Shown here: in pieces, positions 36,662 to 44,160 of the stretch
How the letters are laid out: each line of letters begins with the position of its first letter
Position numbering within the stretch: the stretch's first letter is position 1
Origin: Elusimicrobiaceae bacterium
GTDB taxonomy: Bacteria > Elusimicrobiota > Elusimicrobia > Elusimicrobiales > Elusimicrobiaceae
Assembly (NCBI GenBank): GCA_045586725.1
Contig: JAZNAY010000001.1
Span: 74,161-138,160, forward strand
Direction of reading: 5' to 3'
DNA length: 64,000 nucleotides
Made by a program: the position numbers and the translations under genes
Notes under the pieces: model-generated
The model's database searches: none
What the model was told of the DNA's origin: nothing
The model's input: the letters and a program-made list of their open reading frames with translations, nothing else

Positions 36662-37243
36662 ATGTATAAAAAAGGTTTTACTCTTATAGAATTGCTTATG
36701 GTGGTGTTAATTATTGGCATTTTATCAGCAATTGCTTTACCCCAATATAAGAGGGCAATTGAAAAGTCAAGATATGCAGAAATAGAAGAAATGATACACA
36801 ACATACTTAGTGCGGAGCAAAGATATTATCTTGACCATGGCACTTTCACTGACACTTTTAACAAGTTAGATACCGATTTTTCAATCAGCAATGGCGTAAT
36901 ATCCGGAAATCTGTTGCGTACTGATAATATGGAAATTTCAATAGACGCAAAATATATTGAGGCAAGTAGAACTAAAGGAACGCCTAGGGTTGATCTTACT
37001 AGTGTGTATACCATATATGGGGATATGGAAACGGGGAGAATTTTTTGTCAAGATGATATTGAGAAAGATGATATAACTTGTAAATGGTTTGGGCTTGATG
37101 AAATGAAGATGTGTTATGATGACGTCGTTGTAGGTGTAAAAGATCATTGCCCGGACGAGATTTCATCGCAAGAGTCATGCGAAAAGAACGGTTGTTATTG
37201 GGATACTAGTACGAAACCGGAAAGTTGTACATGTAAACCGTAA
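36662..37243 (+). CDS. prepilin-type N-terminal cleavage/methylation domain protein (pilin-like)
   Basis: MYKKGFTLIELLMVVLIIGILSAIALPQY. The C-terminus is Cys-rich (CPDEISSQESCEKNGCYWDTSTKPESCTCKP). Confidence 0.85.
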   Translation: MYKKGFTLIELLMVVLIIGILSAIALPQYKRAIEKSRYAEIEEMIHNILSAEQRYYLDHGTFTDTFNKLDTDFSISNGVISGNLLRTDNMEISIDAKYIEASRTKGTPRVDLTSVYTIYGDMETGRIFCQDDIEKDDITCKWFGLDEMKMCYDDVVVGVKDHCPDEISSQESCEKNGCYWDTSTKPESCTCKP

Positions 37244-37339
37244 TAAAGTATCTTAGGTTAATTTCTAGGGGTTTGTTGGGCTAAAGTTGTACGCTATATT
37301 CATTATGATGTGGATATGGTAATAGAAGAAGTGATTTTT

Positions 37340-37999
37340 ATGTGTAAAAAAGGTTTTACATTAATAGAAATGTTAATTGTTGTTCTTATAATAGGTATTC
37401 TCGTTACCTTGGTATTTCCGCAGTATATGAGATCACTTGAAAAATCAAGGTATTCAGAAGCGGCTGAACTTCTGCGAAGTATCTATACTGCCGAGCAAAG
37501 ATATGCCTTGGAACATAGTGGCTATGCGGAAGATTTTGATGATTTATATCTTGATTTCAGTGATGTTGCTTTGGAAAGGGAGGATAAGTCTACGATTGTC
37601 GTTAAGAATTACAAAATCACGTTACAAAATGCAAATGCTGATATTCCTCTTGTACAGGCAATAAGGGCAAAAGGTGGTAATAATATTTATGGAATATACA
37701 AAAATTTAAGGACAGGTGCTATATTTTGTGAGGATATGTTAGAAAAGGACAATATAACCTGTGATTTGTTTGGTATTTGGAGTTCCCTTAAAACTTGTGA
37801 AGATGGTTCTGTAATTGATAATGGGGAAGAATGTCCGAAAGAAGAACAACAAGAGGAGACACATGTGTGTCCAAATAATTTCGAATGGAATTCTAGCCAA
37901 GGAAAATGTACGCAAATATGTGCTAATCCTCCATGCAAAAAAATCAAGGCGGTTTGTCCATCCGGGTATTCATGGAATCTTACAGAGTGCGTGCAATAA
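37340..37999 (+). CDS. prepilin-type N-terminal cleavage/methylation domain protein (pilin-like), tandem paralog
   Basis: MCKKGFTLIEMLIVVLIIGILVTLVFPQY from the ATG at 37340. Shares EKSRYxE...AEQRY and IFCxDxxEKDxITC with 36662..37243. The C-terminal Cys-rich extension is longer. Confidence 0.85.
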   Translation: MCKKGFTLIEMLIVVLIIGILVTLVFPQYMRSLEKSRYSEAAELLRSIYTAEQRYALEHSGYAEDFDDLYLDFSDVALEREDKSTIVVKNYKITLQNANADIPLVQAIRAKGGNNIYGIYKNLRTGAIFCEDMLEKDNITCDLFGIWSSLKTCEDGSVIDNGEECPKEEQQEETHVCPNNFEWNSSQGKCTQICANPPCKKIKAVCPSGYSWNLTECVQ

Positions 38000-38019
38000 G
38001 ATAATTAACAAAATTTTTT

Positions 38020-38048
38020 AACCCCCGGTTAATGCCGGGGGTATTTTT
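38020..38048. terminator. bidirectional terminator
   Basis: CCCCCGG TTAATG CCGGGGG with T-rich flanks. Confidence 0.7.
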
Positions 38049-39000
38049 ATTTAATAAGTAAAGGGGAAACAAAATTCATAAAGTAGCCAAGCACGATTAT
38101 ACCGATTAAAACTGCCAGGAAAAATGTCGCAAGAAGTTTAATTTTCATTGCACCGCGAAGTATTACGGCTTCGGGCAAACTCATTGCGGAAACAGACATT
38201 AAAAATGCAAGCACCGTTCCAAGCGGTAAGGGGCGCTCAAAAAATATCAAAGCAATAGGTACAACACCGGCGCAACTGCCGTAAATCGGTGCGCCTAAAA
38301 TTGCGGCAAGCGGAACGCTGAAGATACCGCCCGCATTAACTATTTTAACAATACTTTCATCTGAAACATAAATGTTTAAAACTGCACCAAGAGCAACGCC
38401 GGCAAGTATCCAAACCCATAAGCGTTTAACAATTTTTGAACCTTCGTTTGTCCCAAATTTAAGGCGGGCTTTAAAATTTTTATATTCTGGAAAAGTTGGT
38501 TCTTCTTCTATGAAAGCAGGCTCAAGATATTTTGCAAAACCGAGTTTTTCAAGTGTCCAACCAGCTATCATACCTACTGTTATTCCCCCGATAATATAAG
38601 CAACAGTTACAGTTAGACCAAAATATTTCGGCATCAAAACAACCAAATATTCATTGACGAGAGGGGAAACTGCCAAAAAACAAATTGCCGATGCGAACGG
38701 TACGCGCAGTTTAACTAAACTTAAAAATATAGGCACTGATGAACAAGAACAAAAAGGTGTAAAAATAGCAAACATGGCTGCGGCAAAACTGCTTAAAAAT
38801 CGATGTTTGCTTGCAAGATATTTTTCCATCGTTGCTTTTGAAAGATAAGTGCGCAAAACGCCGATAGCACTTATTGCAATAAATAGGATAAGTATGATTT
38901 TAATTGAATCACTAATAAACATTACCGCTGCTTGCCCCCAAGTTGAAGCGGTATCTATGCCAAGCCAAGTAGCCAAAATATAATTAGTTAAAGCGTGCAT
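38047..39000 (-). CDS. ArsP_1 / YraQ-type permease with a vicinal-cysteine motif
   Basis: Polytopic 317-aa protein carrying TPFCSCSSVPIF, the CxC motif characteristic of the ArsP-type permease family. Confidence 0.75.
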   Translation of the reverse strand: MHALTNYILATWLGIDTASTWGQAAVMFISDSIKIILILFIAISAIGVLRTYLSKATMEKYLASKHRFLSSFAAAMFAIFTPFCSCSSVPIFLSLVKLRVPFASAICFLAVSPLVNEYLVVLMPKYFGLTVTVAYIIGGITVGMIAGWTLEKLGFAKYLEPAFIEEEPTFPEYKNFKARLKFGTNEGSKIVKRLWVWILAGVALGAVLNIYVSDESIVKIVNAGGIFSVPLAAILGAPIYGSCAGVVPIALIFFERPLPLGTVLAFLMSVSAMSLPEAVILRGAMKIKLLATFFLAVLIGIIVLGYFMNFVSPLLIK

Positions 39001-39119
39001 TATTCGGCCTTATGATTTTTCTTTTGGCAGTTGCCCTTACCGTCAGCACAATGACAACAGGTGTCTTTTGATTTCTTTTTTAGATAGTTATCTAACTTTT
39101 CAAGTAATTTTTCAAACAT
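39000..39119 (-). CDS. unannotated 39-aa Cys-rich microprotein, translationally coupled to the permease
   Basis: The minus strand encodes MFEKLLEKLDNYLKKKSKDTCCHCADGKGNCQKKNHKAE. AAGGAG lies 7 nt upstream of the ATG. Its stop overlaps the permease start (TAATG). Too short for the ORF track. Confidence 0.4.
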   Translation of the reverse strand: MFEKLLEKLDNYLKKKSKDTCCHCADGKGNCQKKNHKAE

Positions 39120-39229
39120 AAAAACTCCTTACAACTAAACAAATTTTAGCATTTTAGGAGACATAGAACAATTAAAAGAGCGTCAAATTTGGTACAATAT
39201 ACTTGTATAAATTCATTAAAGGAGATTTT

Positions 39230-39931
39230 ATGAGTTGCGAAAAATGTACACCCCACATTGCAAATATGTGCAGTGTCTGTAAAGGCGCAAAACATCAACC
39301 TGCCCCAATTCCCGAAGAAGGCAAATGGGTTTGCGCTAAAGAAATTAAAGATATCAGCGGTTTAACGCACGGTATCGGTTGGTGCGCACCACAACAAGGT
39401 GCTTGCAAATTAACTTTAAACATCAAAAACGGTGTTATTAAAGAAGCTTTAGTTGAAACTTTAGGCTGCAGCGGTATGACACACTCCGCCGCAATGGCAG
39501 CAGAAATTTTGACAGGCAAAACAATTTTAGAGGCATTAAATTCTGACCTCGTTTGTGATGCCATCAATACTGCTATGAGGGAACTTTTCCTTCAAATCGT
39601 ATATGGCCGCTCACAAAGTGCATTTTCAGAAGGCGGTTTAACTATCGGTGCAGGGCTTGAAGATTTAGGTAAAGGCCTCCGCTCCCAAATCGGCACGATG
39701 TATGCAACCGAGGCTAAAGGCCCGCGTTATCTTGAAATGGCAGAGGGCTATGTTCTTGAAGTCGGCCTTGATAAAAACAATGAAATTATCGGCTACAAAT
39801 TTGTAAACCTTGGCAAAATGATGGACGCTATCAAAAAAGGTGAAGATCCAAAAATTGCCTATGAAAAAAATATCAGCAAATACGGGCGCTATGACGAAGC
39901 CGTCAAGAAAATTGACCCGAGGAAGGAGTAA
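39230..39931 (+). CDS. NifU/IscU-like Fe-S scaffold-domain protein with an N-terminal CxxC-x7-CxxC extension
   Basis: The ATG at 39230 follows AAAGGAG. N-terminal Cys knuckles (CEKC...CSVC). IscU-like block ETLGCSGMTHSAAMAAEILTGKTILEAL. Confidence 0.65.
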   Translation: MSCEKCTPHIANMCSVCKGAKHQPAPIPEEGKWVCAKEIKDISGLTHGIGWCAPQQGACKLTLNIKNGVIKEALVETLGCSGMTHSAAMAAEILTGKTILEALNSDLVCDAINTAMRELFLQIVYGRSQSAFSEGGLTIGAGLEDLGKGLRSQIGTMYATEAKGPRYLEMAEGYVLEVGLDKNNEIIGYKFVNLGKMMDAIKKGEDPKIAYEKNISKYGRYDEAVKKIDPRKE

Positions 39932-39934
39932 ACT

Positions 39935-40930
39935 ATGGTAACTTTTGAAGGTTATGAAAGAAGAATTGAGAAAATAAATTCCGTCTTAAAAGAATACGGT
40001 ATTGCCTCCCTTGAAGAAGCAAAAGAAATCTGCACCAAAAAAGGTGTTGATGTCGAATCTATCGTCAAAGGTATTCAGCCTATTGCTTTTGAAAATGCTG
40101 TTTGGGCTTATACAGTCGGCGCTGCAATCGCAATTAAAAGCGGTGTAAAAACAGCAGCGGAAGTAGCAGAAAAAATCGGCGTCGGTTTACAAAGTTTTTG
40201 TATCCCCGGCTCAGTTGCTGATCAACGCGCCGTCGGTTTAGGCCACGGTAATTTGGCTGCAATGTTACTTAGGGAAGAGACAAAATGTTTCTGCTTCTTA
40301 GCAGGCCATGAAAGTTTTGCCGCCGCAGAAGGCGCAATCGGTATTGCAAAAACCGCAAATAAAGTCCGCAAAACACCGCTCCGCGTAATTTTGAACGGGC
40401 TTGGTAAAGATGCGGCTTATATTATTTCAAGGATCAACGGTTTTACTTCTGTTGAAACTAAATATGATTATTATACCGGCAAACTTGAAATTGTTTCAGA
40501 AAAAGCATTTTCCGACGGTGACCGTGCAAAAGTTAAATGCTATGGCGCTGATGATGTAAACGAAGGTGTTGCCATTATGAGGCATGAAGGTGTAGATGTT
40601 TCCATTACTGGTAACTCTACAAACCCGACACGCTTCCAGCACCCCGTTGCCGGCACATATAAAAAATGGGCTGTGGAAAACGGCAAGAAATATTTCTCCG
40701 TTGCATCCGGCGGCGGTACAGGCAGAACTTTGCACCCCGACAATATGGCGGCAGGCCCGGCTTCTTATGGTATGACTGACACCATGGGCCGCATGCATAG
40801 CGACGCACAATTTGCAGGTTCTTCATCAGTTCCCGCACACGTTGAAATGATGGGGCTTATCGGTATGGGTAATAACCCGATGGTAGGCGCCTCAGTAGCA
40901 GTCGCAGTAGCAATTGCCGAGGCAAAATAA
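39935..40930 (+). CDS. GGGtGRT-motif protein (uncharacterised family)
   Basis: 331 aa containing the literal motif ASGGGTGRTLHPDN. It starts 4 nt after the NifU-like gene stop, so the two are probably co-transcribed. Confidence 0.7.
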   Translation: MVTFEGYERRIEKINSVLKEYGIASLEEAKEICTKKGVDVESIVKGIQPIAFENAVWAYTVGAAIAIKSGVKTAAEVAEKIGVGLQSFCIPGSVADQRAVGLGHGNLAAMLLREETKCFCFLAGHESFAAAEGAIGIAKTANKVRKTPLRVILNGLGKDAAYIISRINGFTSVETKYDYYTGKLEIVSEKAFSDGDRAKVKCYGADDVNEGVAIMRHEGVDVSITGNSTNPTRFQHPVAGTYKKWAVENGKKYFSVASGGGTGRTLHPDNMAAGPASYGMTDTMGRMHSDAQFAGSSSVPAHVEMMGLIGMGNNPMVGASVAVAVAIAEAK

Positions 40931-41047
40931 ATAAGTATTTTACTTAACAATAACTCCCCTACGAAAGTGGGGGAGTTTCTTGTTTCTAGTACGGAAATTG
41001 TTAAAGGTTTAATTTTTTTGTAAAATGTGTGTATGCGCACAGTAATT

Positions 41048-41599
41048 ATGAAAAATAAGAACGGTTTTATGTTAATCGAAATATTAGTGGTAGTTTTGAT
41101 TATAGGCATACTTGCAAGCATTGCTTTGCCGAGATATCAAATGGCAGTTGATAAAACAAAATATACAAATCTAATGCCGATAACAAAAACCATACTAGAA
41201 TCTCAATTACGGGCTTTATTGGAAACAGAAAACCCTTCTTTCGAAGATTTAGATATCGGTATACCTGGAAATTGTACGCTGGTTGATGGTCATCCGTGGG
41301 CCATTACTTGTGATGATGGTAGATGGGGTTGCTTAATGAGGAGAAGTGGTGGTACTCCTGTTAGATATTGGACTCGTTGTACTGATGTAGGACTTAATGC
41401 TTCTTATTTTTATACCATAAACATGGGGTCATCGGATGTTTCTGCGCGATGTTATGCCCATACTACGGAAGATGATGATAGGCCCAATCGTTTATGTAAG
41501 GCACTTACAAATAAAGAAAATCGTGAAGCAAGGGAAGGTATTGCCATGTTTTGGCAACCTAACGGCCCTTGGGTTCAATCAAACGGATATTCTTTTTAG
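41048..41599 (+). CDS. prepilin-type N-terminal cleavage/methylation domain protein (pilin-like)
   Basis: MKNKNGFMLIEILVVVLIIGILASIALPRY from the ATG at 41048. A C-terminal LCKAL motif is shared with 24882..25409 (VCKAL). Confidence 0.85.
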   Translation: MKNKNGFMLIEILVVVLIIGILASIALPRYQMAVDKTKYTNLMPITKTILESQLRALLETENPSFEDLDIGIPGNCTLVDGHPWAITCDDGRWGCLMRRSGGTPVRYWTRCTDVGLNASYFYTINMGSSDVSARCYAHTTEDDDRPNRLCKALTNKENREAREGIAMFWQPNGPWVQSNGYSF

Positions 41600-41696
41600 A
41601 ATATAAATTTAAATAATAAAAGCCTCTTAATAATCTAATTTTTTACAATAGAATACTCCATACACTAATCATAAAATATGCTATAATATATATGTT

Positions 41697-41769
41697 GGGC
41701 CATTAGCTCAGTTGGTAGAGCAGACGCCTCTTAAGCGTAAGGTCGAGAGTTCGAGTCTCTCATGGCCCA
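41697..41769 (+). tRNA. tRNA-Lys (anticodon CTT)
   Basis: Cloverleaf: GGGCCAT/ATGGCCC acceptor, D arm GCTC-AGTTGGTA-GAGC, anticodon loop CTCTTAA, T arm GAGAG-TTCGAGT-CTCTC. A TATAAT lies about 10 nt upstream. Confidence 0.9.
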
Positions 41770-41791
41770 TTTTTTTACTATTTAAATTGAG

Positions 41792-41873
41792 GGACGGGTG
41801 GCGGAATCGGCAGACGCGTACGCCTTAGGAGCGTATGGAGCAATCCGTGAGGGTTCAAGTCCCTCTCCGTCCA
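41792..41873 (+). tRNA. tRNA-Leu (anticodon TAG)
   Basis: Acceptor GGACGGG/TCCGTCC, anticodon arm TACGC-CTTAGGA-GCGTA, 13-nt variable arm, T arm GAGGG-TTCAAGT-CCCTC. Confidence 0.9.
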
Positions 41874-41891
41874 AACTATCAGGAGCATAAA

Positions 41892-43163
41892 ATGTCAGAA
41901 GACGGAAAACAAAATATTACCACAAAACAAATTTCAAAAGAAGGCTGCACCGTTGTTTTAGCAGTTACCGCTAATGCAACTTTGGTTAATGAGTGCTTTC
42001 ATAATGCCACATTACAAGTACAAAGCCGCGCCCAAATGCAAGGTTTTAGGGCAGGTAAAGTTCCTTTAGATTTAGTTAAGAAAAATTTTTCAGGCCATAT
42101 TATTGAGCGCACTTTGGATACCATTATCCGCCGTGCTTCTTTAGTTGCCTTACAAGAAACAAAATTAAATGCAGTTATGGCACCTACCGTCAGCAAAGCA
42201 GATTTCAGTGCTTTAAAAGAAAATGAACCCTTTACTTTTGAAATGACAGTAGACATCGCCCCTGAATTTGAACCGAAAGACTATATCGGTATTAAAATTA
42301 CTAAAAAAGACAATGCCGTTAAACCTGAAGATATAAAAAACCATATCAATTCTGTCCTTGAAAATAATGCTACTTTGGAAGCCGCTAAAGAGGATGAAGG
42401 CGTTTGTGATACAAGTTATGTAATCGTCAGTTATACAGGTAAGAAAAACGGTGAGCAAGACAAAAAATATACCGCGAGAAGCGAAATGATTGATATGTCT
42501 GCCCCGCAAACAATTGCCGGCCTTGCCGACAATTTAAAAGGTATGAAGAAAGGGGAAACAAAAACTTTTGAAATCAAAGAAGAGGAAACCCCTGTTGAAA
42601 TTACCGCTACTGTTGAAGAAATTAAAAATAAAGTTTTGCCTACTTTAGATGATAAATTTGCTAAAGATATGGGCTTTGAAAATGTTGAAAAACTTGAAGC
42701 ACATGTCAAAGAGGCTTTGGAACATGAAGCAAAACATAAAGCCGATAGGGATGTAACCGCTCAAATTGAAGATGCTTTGGTTAAAGCCAATGATTTTGCT
42801 TTACCTAAATCTTTAGTTGATTATCACACCAATTTGTCCGTTGAAAACTTTATTCAAAGGATGTTCGGCGGCAGAACGGCAAATATCCCTGAAGAAAACC
42901 GCAAAACATTTGTTCAAAAGATGCGCCCTTCCGTTGAAAAAGATTTGAGAATCGGCTATATCATCCACGCCATTGCAAATAAAGAAAATATCGCCGCAAC
43001 AGATGCTGACCTCAAAGAAGAAATGGATAATGCCTTGAAAAATTCCCCTAAAGAGGCGGAACAAATCAAGCAATTCTTCGAAACACGCAAAGATGATATT
43101 TTAGCAACAATTAAAGAAAGAAAAGTGTTTACTTTCTTAAAAGAAAAAGCAAATATTGCTTAA
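41892..43163 (+). CDS. tig: trigger factor
   Basis: 423 aa from the ATG at 41892 (RBS AGGAG). Ribosome-binding N-domain motif GFRAGKVP, then PPIase-like and C-terminal arm regions. The longer ORF-track start overlaps tRNA-Leu. Confidence 0.9.
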   Translation: MSEDGKQNITTKQISKEGCTVVLAVTANATLVNECFHNATLQVQSRAQMQGFRAGKVPLDLVKKNFSGHIIERTLDTIIRRASLVALQETKLNAVMAPTVSKADFSALKENEPFTFEMTVDIAPEFEPKDYIGIKITKKDNAVKPEDIKNHINSVLENNATLEAAKEDEGVCDTSYVIVSYTGKKNGEQDKKYTARSEMIDMSAPQTIAGLADNLKGMKKGETKTFEIKEEETPVEITATVEEIKNKVLPTLDDKFAKDMGFENVEKLEAHVKEALEHEAKHKADRDVTAQIEDALVKANDFALPKSLVDYHTNLSVENFIQRMFGGRTANIPEENRKTFVQKMRPSVEKDLRIGYIIHAIANKENIAATDADLKEEMDNALKNSPKEAEQIKQFFETRKDDILATIKERKVFTFLKEKANIA

Positions 43164-43183
43164 GTCAAATTCCTTACAGTTAA

Positions 43184-43214
43184 AAAGCCCCTCTTAAGAC
43201 GAGGGGCTTTTTTA
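43184..43214 (+). terminator. rho-independent terminator of tig
   Basis: AGCCCCTC TTAAGAC GAGGGGCT TTTTT. Confidence 0.75.
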
Positions 43215-43294
43215 AATATAGGTCTTAAGTCCCACCCACTTGAAAAATAGTCAAACTTCCGTTAAACTATAACTATCTTTAAAAGGAGGTTGTC

Positions 43295-44101
43295 ATGGTA
43301 AAAGGAGGAGAAATTATCAGTATGATTTCCATACTGATACTGTTGCTCTCTCCACCTGGAGTGGCAGCAGAAAATAAAGGGTTGTTTGACAGCAAGCAGT
43401 TCACTAAACAAGTTAAGTTAGAATTAAAAGTAGCACAGGTTACAAAACACCCGTTACTCGTTCGCGGGCCTTTAGATTATTTGGCTGAAGGCGGTAGGGC
43501 TGTTGCGGACGATAATAATGAGGCATCATATTACTTATGTAAAGATAAACCCATATTGACCGATGAAGGCACTTTGGCTGAAATTGCCAAAGAAGTTGCC
43601 TCTGTGCCGAATTATCAAATTAGAGAATTAAAGTCAAAATATTACTGTTATAGGTTCGATATATTAAGTTATTTTATTGCCGAACATCAAAATAATGCCT
43701 TAAAACGCGCATTGGACGGGGGATTTGATGAATATTTTATAGTGGTAAAAAATCCTAACCCATATAATTTGCTTTATTTGCTAAACCAGGCTGTATTTGC
43801 GGAAAATAAAGAGGCTTTGCGTTTGCTGGCGGATAGGAATAGTCAATATCTATATTTAGCCTTACTTAATTTTGTTCCGCAAAATGACGAAAAATTTATT
43901 GATTGGCCCGCCGAAATTAAAAAGCGTGCACATAAGTATAAAAATCGTAAAGTAGATTATAATGATTTAGTTCAGGCGGTTTTGCATAACAGCCAATATG
44001 ATTTGGCTACCATTAAAGAATTTATTCCAAAAGACTCACGTCAGGCAGAATATGTGAAGGCTTTAAATTCTTTAATTGATATAAGATTACATTCAAAATA
44101 A
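43295..44101 (+). CDS. secreted protein with degenerate ankyrin-like repeats; paralog of 32296..33048
   Basis: Hydrophobic N-terminus and RBS AAAGGAGG. ANK-like blocks ILSYFIAEHQNNALKRALDGGFD and LLNQAVFAENKEALRLLADRN. Confidence 0.5.
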   Translation: MVKGGEIISMISILILLLSPPGVAAENKGLFDSKQFTKQVKLELKVAQVTKHPLLVRGPLDYLAEGGRAVADDNNEASYYLCKDKPILTDEGTLAEIAKEVASVPNYQIRELKSKYYCYRFDILSYFIAEHQNNALKRALDGGFDEYFIVVKNPNPYNLLYLLNQAVFAENKEALRLLADRNSQYLYLALLNFVPQNDEKFIDWPAEIKKRAHKYKNRKVDYNDLVQAVLHNSQYDLATIKEFIPKDSRQAEYVKALNSLIDIRLHSK

Positions 44102-44160
44102 TTTAAATAAAAACAAAAACCCCCGCAGTAAACGCGGGGGTTTTATATCTTTATTTTTTC

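Noticed and set aside
41835-41891. N-terminal extension of the trigger factor ORF (MEQSVRVQVPLRPNYQEHK...)
   Set aside because: The extension is the translation of the 3' half of tRNA-Leu. The real start is the ATG at 41892, preceded by AGGAG.
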